DNA of 64,000 bases, from the NCBI GenBank assembly GCA_002727675.1, contig PBXQ01000073.1:31272-95271 (forward strand). Direction: 5' to 3'. Numbering within the stretch: the first letter of the stretch is position 1; each line of letters begins with the position of its first letter. A model generated the notes under the pieces. The model was not told the origin of the DNA and ran no database searches. It saw only the letters and a program-made list of their open reading frames with translations. This document shows positions 19,789-29,600 of this stretch, in pieces. The DNA comes from Thermoplasmata archaeon. GTDB taxonomy: Archaea > Thermoplasmatota > Poseidoniia > Poseidoniales > Thalassarchaeaceae. Made by a program: the position numbers and the translations under genes.

Positions 19789-19803
19789 ATCGCCGAAGGC
19801 GAT
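19789..19803. promoter_or_regulatory. Inverted repeat ATCGCC-GAA-GGCGAT upstream of the pilin-like operon
   Basis: Perfect 6-bp stem, 3-nt loop, just upstream of a TTTA element on the minus strand. Function inferred. Confidence 0.45.
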
Positions 19804-19869
19804 ACTTCTAGTAAATTGAAAGTCAGCGATGATATAGTAATAATATGTGATTTAGATACTAATTAGATA

Positions 19870-20667
19870 TTATATTATTAATTCTGGCTCTGATTGCCCT
19901 AAGTAATGGGAGAATTCTGGCCCCTCTTTTTTACTTATTGAAATATCTCCACCAAACAAATCATCTATCTCCATTAAAACCTCACTTTCAGCGATGTGTG
20001 GTGCATTATTTTGTTCGGAAAGATGGCTTAATACAATGCTGCGTGTGTGTTTTCCAACTACATTAGATAACAACTCTGCTGTTTGTTTATTTGACAAATG
20101 TCCTCCTCTACCTGCAATACGTTGTTTCAAGGTTTCAGGGTATGGTCCATTCCACAATTTATTGCTATCATAATTTGCTTCAATTGATATATGGACACAT
20201 TCTGACATGTGGCGAATTAATTCATCATTCCATGAACCTAAATCGGTCACTATAGCGGCCCTTTCACCCGCATGGCTAGCTATGAATCCGACATTGTCTG
20301 CACCATCATGATTTACCGAGATTGGTAGTATGCTCAAATCAGAACCAAATTCTATTCTATTTAGTGTTTCAAAAATACGGCATTGGTTTACGGGGTCTAA
20401 CCCCATTCTAGCACATGTTTCGAAGTTTGCTTGGATTTCAGTACCCCATTTTTTGTGGATAATAGGCGCCCCTTTAGCATGGTCTGTGTGGTGATGACTA
20501 ATAAGAATTGAATCAAGGTCATCAGGTGTCATTTCTAGCATGTTCAATCTCTTTTCTAATTGCCTTCCTGAGAAACCACAATCAATCAATACTTTGCTTT
20601 CTCCAGCGACTAAAAGTGTGGCGTTGCCACTACTGCCTGAGCCTAAATGAGTAATTGATAGTGTCAT
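19870..20667 (-). CDS. MBL-fold metallo-hydrolase, YycJ/WalJ-like
   Basis: LGSGSSGN, LIDCG, SHHHTDH (HxHxDH), HD, TDLG, IEANYD, GHLSN, LSHLSEQNN. Probable start ATG 20667 (ORF open to 20691). Confidence 0.9.
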   Translation of the reverse strand: MTLSITHLGSGSSGNATLLVAGESKVLIDCGFSGRQLEKRLNMLEMTPDDLDSILISHHHTDHAKGAPIIHKKWGTEIQANFETCARMGLDPVNQCRIFETLNRIEFGSDLSILPISVNHDGADNVGFIASHAGERAAIVTDLGSWNDELIRHMSECVHISIEANYDSNKLWNGPYPETLKQRIAGRGGHLSNKQTAELLSNVVGKHTRSIVLSHLSEQNNAPHIAESEVLMEIDDLFGGDISISKKEGPEFSHYLGQSEPELII

Positions 20668-20801
20668 CCGAGCGTCCCGCATCATCGGCACTCCTTCAAT
20701 ACACCCCCTTATTCTGCAGTTGTTATTGCTGTTTCAATACCATTTTGTATAGGCCGATTAGTATGTTGACGTATGAACCATGCTCCATCAGCATCATAAG
20801 G

Positions 20802-20816
20802 CAACCCGTAGGGTTG
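20802..20816. promoter_or_regulatory. Inverted repeat CAACCC-GTA-GGGTTG
   Basis: Perfect 6-bp stem, 3-nt loop, 19 nt before GTG 20836 in a divergent spacer. Function inferred. Confidence 0.45.
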
Positions 20817-20835
20817 TAACATAGCAGCCGATGCT

Positions 20836-23800
20836 GTGGGTGAGCCAATGCGCAGAAAACAGACAGTTCTTTTCATTACTTTGCTATTGTTAGGAAGCCT
20901 TTCATTTGTCTCAATGACTAGGCCTTCATCTGAGGTAGATTCAGTTCATCCTGACGATACTACAGGAGAAGGTCCACCAATTACTGATACTGATAAAGAT
21001 ACAATCCCAGACCTTCATGAGCAGATGTATAGTACACCGCGAAATATTACTTTAGATGAAACAGTCTACACCATTAATGGATTAGATTTTGAAAATGCTT
21101 CTGATAATGAGTCTGATTTTGATAATGATGGTTTGAATTCATTGGAAGAATATTGCTGGCCCTATGATTTAGATCACTGTTTCACAGATCGTAAGACATT
21201 AACTGGGATTCCGCCTGAATTAACCGAATCAGGTATGAGGGAATTCTTGGACCCTAGGTTGGCAGATACTGATGGTGATGGCTTACCTGATGGTTATGAA
21301 ATTTGGATGTGCACAAGAGAAACAGGTCAATTAAATGAATCTTCAGCTTGGGAATGTGATGGTTTTGATCCATTAAATTCTAATGATGGGCTAAATGATT
21401 CAGACCGTTGCTGGGATGGGGAGTTAGGTTGTGGTGATGGATTTGATGTCGATCGTGATGGTATAATTGAGGAGCATGAATGGTACACCAATGCTGAAGA
21501 ATACAATTACGGAGCCCCAGATAATTGGACCACAGAAATCCACGGTCTGCGTTGTTTAGATTTGATGGATGCTTGTGCTGATGATGTGGTCAGGCCTACT
21601 GGTGCACCGGGATGGTTAGGTACAGATCCTCTAAGAAATGACAGTGATTTCTATTATTGGTCGGGAAGTCTTGAGTTGGCTAAGAGCAGCCGCGGTGATT
21701 GGATAATTGATGGTTGGGAGGTATTTTTTGGTCTTGATCCATTAAATGAAAGTGATAGTTTGATTGATAGCGATTCAGATGGCTGGGACTTGAACCGTGA
21801 TGGAATGATAATGCCAGATGGTTCTAGAGCTACTCTTTATCTTGGGGAGGAATATTCTAATTTAGAAGAATATTTTACTTTCTTAGACAATGGTAATTGG
21901 GTCAGGGCAGGTTTGAAAACCACTTTGCTTGACACACCGGATTCTGAAGTAATGATGTACGATCAGGGGACAAGCCCTAGGATAATGCATCATGACGTAC
22001 GTTCACTACAAGCAGATTATGATTTAGGTATTGTTTATGTTGGTACTAAGCGAGGAGTGAATATTTTCGAACCTAGTACTGGAGGTAGTTGGGATTTAGC
22101 TTTACCACCTGGTGGTGAATTGAATGACATGATTCTATGGGAAGACCAAGGTGGTGAAAAGAGATTAATTATTGCCACAGTGGATGGTATTGAAATTTGG
22201 CCTCTATCGGGAGATGGATTCCTAAACCAAAATAGTGCTATATCGGGTATTGAGATGGCAGAGGTTACAGGCTTGCATCAATTAGCTACAGGCTCTTCAA
22301 ATCTTGATTTACTACTGGCAGGTGTTAATTCACAAGCATGGACTGTAACAATAGATGGCTCTGGGGTAACCTCAAATTTCCGTGTTGCTGATACTATGGT
22401 AGCAGCACTTGAGATGGAAAATGCAACCATCCAAGATGTCGTTCACACTTCAGTAAATGGCGGGCCCAATAAAATCTATGTTGGGACAAATAATGGTTTG
22501 TTTACTGCTTTGACGGATGATGCTACCGGCGAGTATCCTATTGTTTGGATTTTCAATCAAACAGATGCTGAACTTTATGTCCGTCAAGCAAATCCTCAGA
22601 ATCTATCCCATTCTGCAAACGTTCGTACTATTGTTTTGGATGGACCTCGTCAGCCCGATGGTTCATTATCTAGTGCTCAGACTCTTTGGATTGGGACGGG
22701 CGGTGGCGTTCATCAATTTTCGTTATTAGATGAAGACGATCCAGCAATTGCGTTCTCTCGTGATAGGATGCAAAATTTAGATTATGATTTGGAAGGTGCT
22801 AATGACGTACATTCCATTCTCCCACTTGGTGATGAAGTAATTATTGGTTCTAGGCATGGGACTTGGGTGCTTCATGGCGATCATGCGCGTGCCCTTGGTG
22901 TTAATGAACAACAAACAAGGATTCCTGGTTTTGTTACCGAATTATTAGTTATGGATGTAAATGGCAATGATACAATCATTGCAGGATTAAACCCCGGTCA
23001 GTTTTCCAATCGTATGTTAATCAATCCATTTAGCAATGATTCTGATATGGATGGTATGCCTGATGGTTGGGAAAATGCTCATGGTCTTGACCCAACAGAT
23101 CCATTTGATAGAGATGAAGACCTGGATGTTGATGGAATAAACCTTAATCCAGCTGTCGATAATTTAATAGATCACAATTGGACAAATTTAGATGAGTATA
23201 GGTACATAGCTAGTACTCCTGAAGGTTGGAATGGTACTGATCCAAGATTATCTGATACTGATGGAGATGGGTTATTAGATGGCTCTGAATATTGGGGTTG
23301 GTTCTATGAAGAGACTAATTTCACTTGCCACTATGAGATTGGAGAGTATGTATGCGATGAATTGGAAGGTCAGCAAGCAGCCCAAGTGTATGCGGTGGGT
23401 TATCCTGGTACACAGGCTAGCGGCGGTACAGATCGTACCACTGATCCCACTAATCCTGATTCTGATGGTGATGGAATGCCCGATGGGTGGGAAATTGCTA
23501 ATCGTAGATGGATTGGTACTGAATTTCACGGAGGTAATGAGTGGTCTTTGAATCCGATGGACCCGACAGATGCGTCTAAGGATGCAGATGGTGATGGTTT
23601 GAATAATCTATGCGAGTATCAATGGGAAATGTTGTTGCAAAGCGCTCTACAAAATGGATTACCTGCTTATGGGGAAAGTGCAGAGGCTGTTGCATCTTGG
23701 ACAAAAATAGATCCTAATAATCCTGATTCCGATGGTGATTCTTTACCCGATGGTTGGGAATCAAGATATTCTTGTTCTTGGCTAGTTTCAAATGTTGGAA

Positions 23801-26580
23801 TTAACCCATTAAACGGTAGTGACGCCCTTTCTAACCCTGATGGTGATGGCTACGACGTGAATCATGATGGTAATATTACTGCTGACGAGGAGTTTAATAA
23901 TTGGATGGAATACCACATAATGAATGACCAAATTTTTGGTGACTATACTGAATTAGGTATTCAAATGCCTCATAATTTCACGACATCATTGTGGAATGAT
24001 TCTTGGATATCAAGCGCTTCAAGGCCCTTTGGTGAATTTGTCAGTATGAATACCCTTTCATTTGTTCCAGGTTTAATCTTGACAGATCAAGGTTCCTCAG
24101 ATCCTCTATCACCTGATAGTGATGGTGATGGCATGCCTGATGGTTGGGAGGTTTGGTTTGCTCGCTGGGATACCTTTGATTCCAAGTGGACACTCAATCC
24201 GGTTAATGAAAGTGATATTTTTGATGATAATGATGGTGATGGAATGACAAATTGGGAAGAATATAATTCCATAGATGCAATCCTAACTGAAACAGATGAG
24301 AACCAGACTGCTCCTCAATATCATCCTTTCAAACTTGGTAATACAATTATTTTGACACCATGGAGCCAAGCTATTGGGACTCAATCATTTGGTGCTTATA
24401 TCACACCAGATCAGTATTTGTTATCAGGTCCGACTTGTGATCCAAATAATCCTGATAGTGATGGTGACGGTTTATTGGATGGGATTGAATTACTGTTTAC
24501 TCAGTGGAATTCGACATTCCAAAACTGGACTCTGAATCCGTTAGTTGTCGGTGATGGTGGTGGTGATGGAGACCAAGATGCATTAACTGATTTCCAAGAA
24601 TTGAATTTAACTCAGGAAAACCCCCTTAATGGTGGTTTAGCACCCCCCGATGCACCTAAAATGTGGGAGGAAGCATACGCTCTAGAGCCGCAGAATTTTA
24701 CAGGCAGGGTTGAAACAATTCTTAATAGTAAGTTAGGTAGGGCTTATTTGGCACTACAACAGCATATAGAATGGGTAAATACTGGCTCAGCCGGACCATT
24801 ATTGTCTACATTAATTGGAATTACTGATCCAACCAATAATGATACAGATGATGATGGGATGATTGATGGTTATGAGTATTGGTTTACTGAATGGGATTTG
24901 GATGGTAACCGCTGGTCAATGAACCCTCTTACTCAATCAGATATTGATGCAGATTCAGATGATGACTCATACGATTGTGATGGTGATGGAATAATCCAGA
25001 TGTCTGAAAGATATACTAATTTGAGGGAGTATGAGGCACGTTTGTATGGTAAAGAATCTATGAGGTACTCTTTCCCTCCAGGTATGGGTTTGATTGATTA
25101 TGGTGATGATGCCATTACAGCTCAACAAAATGAAAATGGTTTGACTTGGTTGCAGGCTAGGCAAGTAATTGTCAATATTTTCGCTTCTAAAGATGTGACT
25201 AGTGCAGAACGACTAAACAGAATAAACACAGCATGGTCTGATAATTTCAATATCAGTTTATTTGGAATTTCAGATCCAACACATCCAGATAGTGATTTAG
25301 ATGGTATCCCTGATGGTTGGGAGTTTTGTTATGGCACTTATGATATTGTAATGCCAGTTGATGAATATCGTTGGACTTCAAATCCTGTAAACCCTCTTGA
25401 TGCTCATTATGATCCTGATGAAGATGGTTGGTTTGACCGTACTAGTGGTGATATGCCAGCGGTTCAAGGAAAATGGGAAAGTCATTCATTTTCACCAGGT
25501 AGTATTGATGATCAATATGCACCAGGTAATACCCCCTTATTTTTCACAAACTGGATGGAGTATGATAATGGTACACGCCCTGATTTGAATGATACCGATG
25601 GGGACGCAGTAAATATGATTCGTATTCCAGATTCATCAGATCCTAGCTTAACAGTTGATTATTATCGTAGTTGGGCTCTAACTGATGGGCGTGAAGTTCT
25701 GAAATATGGTAGTGATGCAATGCATAATGATACTGATTGGGATATGTTGCCTGATTGGTATGAATTTGAATTGGGTTGGAATGAAACAAATGACAATTGG
25801 TCCTCATATCAACAAGTTGAAGTTGTTTGGGAGCAATATTCTGTTCTTGGAAGTATTGCAATGAGGCCATTGCATAGTAATGGTGGTCTACTTGAGAGGC
25901 CTATTCTCAATTGGACTTGGGTTACATTTGATCCTACTGACCCAACAGATTCCCTTGAAGACCCAGATAAAGATGGAAATTGGGATTGTACTAATGTTGG
26001 GTGTACATATACTCCATACAATAATTTCCAAGAATTTTTCGCATTGACGAATCAATCCATTACATCTGCAACTTTAGCACGAGCAAGCCCCATTACTATT
26101 GCAGGAACAAATCCACCCATCCAGATTGTACCAGTAGAATGGTGGGAACTCAGTGATGCTTTGTTGGCTAATGGTAGGGCTAACGAATATGATTGGAATT
26201 ATTTGAGGATGTATAGAATTAACCAAATTTCAGATCAATTATATGCATTAATAATTGACGATAATGATGTTGATTATTTATCAATTAATAGTAGTGATGA
26301 TGTAATATTAACAAAGGGTGATTGGACAGCTGATTGGGATAGAGTGTTTGGGGATCAGTATCATATACCAAATACAGGCATTGGTGAGATGGTTTACGGT
26401 TGGTGGTTATTGGATTACAATGGTGACATGATTGCTGATGGTACGAATCCTCTAAACTGGGATACTGATGGTGATTGGTTGAATGATTGGTTTGAAATTG
26501 AAAATGATATGTTAGATGGCATTCGTGGTAATGGCCCATCACCAATTCGTTATGATGATCGGACCACTAGTTCGTCGTAA
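20836..26580 (+). CDS. Giant secreted Ca-binding repeat protein (thrombospondin type 3-like DxDxDG repeats) with an inserted beta-propeller
   Basis: N-terminal signal/TM; about 25 DxDxDG-type repeats counted by eye (e.g. DSDGDGMPDGWE); central blades VYVGTKRG, IYVGTNNG, LWIGTGGG, VIIGSRHG; no C-terminal TM. Confidence 0.8.
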   Translation: MGEPMRRKQTVLFITLLLLGSLSFVSMTRPSSEVDSVHPDDTTGEGPPITDTDKDTIPDLHEQMYSTPRNITLDETVYTINGLDFENASDNESDFDNDGLNSLEEYCWPYDLDHCFTDRKTLTGIPPELTESGMREFLDPRLADTDGDGLPDGYEIWMCTRETGQLNESSAWECDGFDPLNSNDGLNDSDRCWDGELGCGDGFDVDRDGIIEEHEWYTNAEEYNYGAPDNWTTEIHGLRCLDLMDACADDVVRPTGAPGWLGTDPLRNDSDFYYWSGSLELAKSSRGDWIIDGWEVFFGLDPLNESDSLIDSDSDGWDLNRDGMIMPDGSRATLYLGEEYSNLEEYFTFLDNGNWVRAGLKTTLLDTPDSEVMMYDQGTSPRIMHHDVRSLQADYDLGIVYVGTKRGVNIFEPSTGGSWDLALPPGGELNDMILWEDQGGEKRLIIATVDGIEIWPLSGDGFLNQNSAISGIEMAEVTGLHQLATGSSNLDLLLAGVNSQAWTVTIDGSGVTSNFRVADTMVAALEMENATIQDVVHTSVNGGPNKIYVGTNNGLFTALTDDATGEYPIVWIFNQTDAELYVRQANPQNLSHSANVRTIVLDGPRQPDGSLSSAQTLWIGTGGGVHQFSLLDEDDPAIAFSRDRMQNLDYDLEGANDVHSILPLGDEVIIGSRHGTWVLHGDHARALGVNEQQTRIPGFVTELLVMDVNGNDTIIAGLNPGQFSNRMLINPFSNDSDMDGMPDGWENAHGLDPTDPFDRDEDLDVDGINLNPAVDNLIDHNWTNLDEYRYIASTPEGWNGTDPRLSDTDGDGLLDGSEYWGWFYEETNFTCHYEIGEYVCDELEGQQAAQVYAVGYPGTQASGGTDRTTDPTNPDSDGDGMPDGWEIANRRWIGTEFHGGNEWSLNPMDPTDASKDADGDGLNNLCEYQWEMLLQSALQNGLPAYGESAEAVASWTKIDPNNPDSDGDSLPDGWESRYSCSWLVSNVGINPLNGSDALSNPDGDGYDVNHDGNITADEEFNNWMEYHIMNDQIFGDYTELGIQMPHNFTTSLWNDSWISSASRPFGEFVSMNTLSFVPGLILTDQGSSDPLSPDSDGDGMPDGWEVWFARWDTFDSKWTLNPVNESDIFDDNDGDGMTNWEEYNSIDAILTETDENQTAPQYHPFKLGNTIILTPWSQAIGTQSFGAYITPDQYLLSGPTCDPNNPDSDGDGLLDGIELLFTQWNSTFQNWTLNPLVVGDGGGDGDQDALTDFQELNLTQENPLNGGLAPPDAPKMWEEAYALEPQNFTGRVETILNSKLGRAYLALQQHIEWVNTGSAGPLLSTLIGITDPTNNDTDDDGMIDGYEYWFTEWDLDGNRWSMNPLTQSDIDADSDDDSYDCDGDGIIQMSERYTNLREYEARLYGKESMRYSFPPGMGLIDYGDDAITAQQNENGLTWLQARQVIVNIFASKDVTSAERLNRINTAWSDNFNISLFGISDPTHPDSDLDGIPDGWEFCYGTYDIVMPVDEYRWTSNPVNPLDAHYDPDEDGWFDRTSGDMPAVQGKWESHSFSPGSIDDQYAPGNTPLFFTNWMEYDNGTRPDLNDTDGDAVNMIRIPDSSDPSLTVDYYRSWALTDGREVLKYGSDAMHNDTDWDMLPDWYEFELGWNETNDNWSSYQQVEVVWEQYSVLGSIAMRPLHSNGGLLERPILNWTWVTFDPTDPTDSLEDPDKDGNWDCTNVGCTYTPYNNFQEFFALTNQSITSATLARASPITIAGTNPPIQIVPVEWWELSDALLANGRANEYDWNYLRMYRINQISDQLYALIIDDNDVDYLSINSSDDVILTKGDWTADWDRVFGDQYHIPNTGIGEMVYGWWLLDYNGDMIADGTNPLNWDTDGDWLNDWFEIENDMLDGIRGNGPSPIRYDDRTTSSS

Positions 26581-26609
26581 TGATGTTCCACTATTTTTGG
26601 CTCCGGAGT

Positions 26610-26626
26610 TCTGGCCGTAGGCCAGA
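26610..26626. promoter_or_regulatory. Inverted repeat TCTGGCC-GTA-GGCCAGA
   Basis: Perfect 7-bp stem, 3-nt loop, between two co-directional giant genes. Function inferred. Confidence 0.45.
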
Positions 26627-26684
26627 TAATCTAAATTGGGGAGAGTTGAAAGGTTAGATGCCTTCGTGAAAGGGTGGGGAGCGC

Positions 26685-29600
26685 ATGCTAGGCGAATACA
26701 AAAGAAGCAAAATATCTTCATTTATTATTTTGTTAATGCTAATTAGCATATTGTCGCCATTAATACAATTTTCTTCATTTGATGTAGCCGCATCATCTGG
26801 TTCCAGGCATGTTTACACATTTTCTGATGGGTCCACAGAATCAATTTCCCTCTACCAAAGTGGGCAACCTGCTACAAATATCAAGGTGGCATTGCCCAAG
26901 GGTGCTGAAGTTACAGACGTAGAAATGACCCTCTCAGGTGCATCATCAACAGGTTGGAATACTATACGACATAGTTCACAATCTGATTGGATGTCTGGAG
27001 TTAGTATTGATACAGATGCTCGTTCAGATTCCGTATCATTAGCTATTGATTCTCCCGAATTTGATTTTTCTACTCATGGTATGGATAGTGGGACAAATTA
27101 TGGCAATTCTTGGCTTGATAATGGTTCATTTAGTATCCGTCAGCCAAGAACATCAAATGCTACTGAAAATAGATTTACTCCTCAAACTACTGTTTCCTCT
27201 CCCTTTGCAACTTATGGTGCAGGAGCGGCTATGAATTACCGAGGTTGGACATACGTCTCTACTTTCTCAACAACGAATCTTAACCAATTAGTTCAAAAAA
27301 CCTACCCCAACAACCTTTCTACTGCTTCCAATGTTCAATTCATAGAAGGTAATTGTAACATTCCTAGCCCCACTGCTCCGTCCTATTATTCATATTATGG
27401 ATTTAGAGATTGGACTATCGGTGATGATGAAAAGTTGTATGGTATTTTAGGCCTAAATAGACAGTACACCACTTCAAATGATTTGATTTTAGTTGTGATG
27501 GATATACGTTATGAAGATGTTTGGACTTGTTTGAATACTTACGATTTGTCTTCAAATTCTTATGGTCCATATACCGGTATTTCTTATGATCGTAGTCGTG
27601 ATGCTATTTGGGTTCTTCATTCAGTTAGAAATGCAGTAACTGGGTATATTTTCAATAGTGATGGTACTTTCGAAAGAGATAGTAATTTGTATTTTGACTA
27701 CTTTTCATCGTATAATGAACAAAATGGTCTAGTTGTTCAAGATAATTTATTTTATTTTAGAAGTAAGTATTCTTGGGCTCAAGATAGATTAGAGGCATAC
27801 GCAATTAGTGGTAGTTCTACGACACTAGTAAAACAAGCAGGTGAGCGTTCAATCAGTGCCAATGGTTTCGGACTTTATTACAATGGTGAAAGGTTATCTC
27901 TCATTGACCACTATCAATGGTCTGCTAGATATTATCGTGAATATGGGACTGGGTGGGCTTATCCTATTTCACCTCAACCTGGGACGTCATCTTGGATTTC
28001 AGAACCAATAAACACTAATTCTGATGTACGAGTAGTCAATGTTGAAACATCTTGGTCAATTACATCAGCAGGAGATAGAGTTGATTATTGGGTTAGTGCT
28101 GATAATGGTACACATTGGGTTCAGGTGACAAATAATCAAACAGTTCATTTTGATTACCCCGGTAATCAGTTAAGATGGAAAACTCAACTTGTAGGTGGTT
28201 CATCAGTTTCTTGGTGGGTTTCATTAGAGTATGGTTTCAATTATCATACATCAGGAACATGGACCTCTTTACCAATTCCAACAGGAACTCAAGTAGGTAA
28301 TCTAAGGTCACAATGGGTTGCTGATACCCCCTCAAGCACTTCAATTTCAGTTGAGGTTAGCAATGACAATGGGACAAACTGGCATAGTTCGTCAAATAAT
28401 CAGTTAATTGAATTACAGAATCAAGGTTCAGAACTAAAGTACCGTGTTACTCATACAACGAATGACTCAACTCAATCTCCAATGCTTGAGTCATTTGATT
28501 TGGAATATGAAGAAGGATACCCTTCTGCTGTAAGATTAGATATTGGTGACGATAATGTGAATGAATACATAGGTACTGGAATACTAAATCAACCAATTGT
28601 AATTGATGGGCCAGAGTTAGTTTCTGCTTTTAATGACCATATTGACGATAATGGGGTTGGAATTTCAAACATAACTTTAGCACTTTCAGCCGGGTCACCT
28701 GGTCGGATAAAGGTCTCTAACCTTGATATCACATACAAAATGAAAACTCGTGCATTGGATGTTCAAGTAGAAGGTGGAATTTTAGTTCCTGATGGTGACA
28801 ACCGTGTTGCAATGATACGTGTAGCAAAAGGGGATGAAGCTGATAGATTAACCCAAGTAAATGTTGAATTAATTTCAAATGTAAATAACAACTCTATTTT
28901 ACAATGGCAAAGCGGAGATTCATGTAGTGTTTTAAGTAACTCTGATAATTTAGTTAAATTTGATGCTGCAAATTGCACCTCTTCTACAGATGGCAATGGA
29001 ATAATGTCAATTTTAATGCCTATTCAATCTAATTGGGAATGGGATGATGAAAGTAATATTGAAGCATTGATTTACATCGATGATGATTTGGGTAGACAAG
29101 TAAATGGTTGGCAAACAGATGATTTAGATTTAAGGACTGAAAATGACATCGTTCTAGTTAATTTGGGTGTTGCCGATGAAACTGGCAGAGTTCTTTCTTC
29201 AAATGATTGGGTAAGGGGTGGCTTAGAGATTACCTTCCAAGGTGAGTTAATGTTTGAAGGAACTACTTATACTCCTCAAGCAGGACAATTTGACATAGAA
29301 TTAACAGGTCAAAATTTATCTTTAGTGGGGGATCCAGAGGAGTCTGAAAAACAGTACCACATAGAACCAAACCCTAGTCATGGGCAGTTCTCTTTAACAA
29401 TCACTTCCCCGATAGAATCTTCACCGGGCGGTATGCTTTTTAGAGTAAAAGCAACTAATTTAAAGAATGGGTCCACTTATATCAACCCTGAATATAATTC
29501 GGTCAAATTAATTCTAGATGGAAATAGTCCGTTGGTTATTGGGGCTACCCCTGCTGATGGTTCAGAACAACACAAAGGAAATCCTGATCAGCCAGTTCAA

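Noticed and set aside
20836-26580. Binary or pore-forming toxin call based on the Ca-binding repeats
   Set aside because: Only the generic DxDxDG repeat is shared; no pore-forming or enzymatic toxin domain is recognisable.
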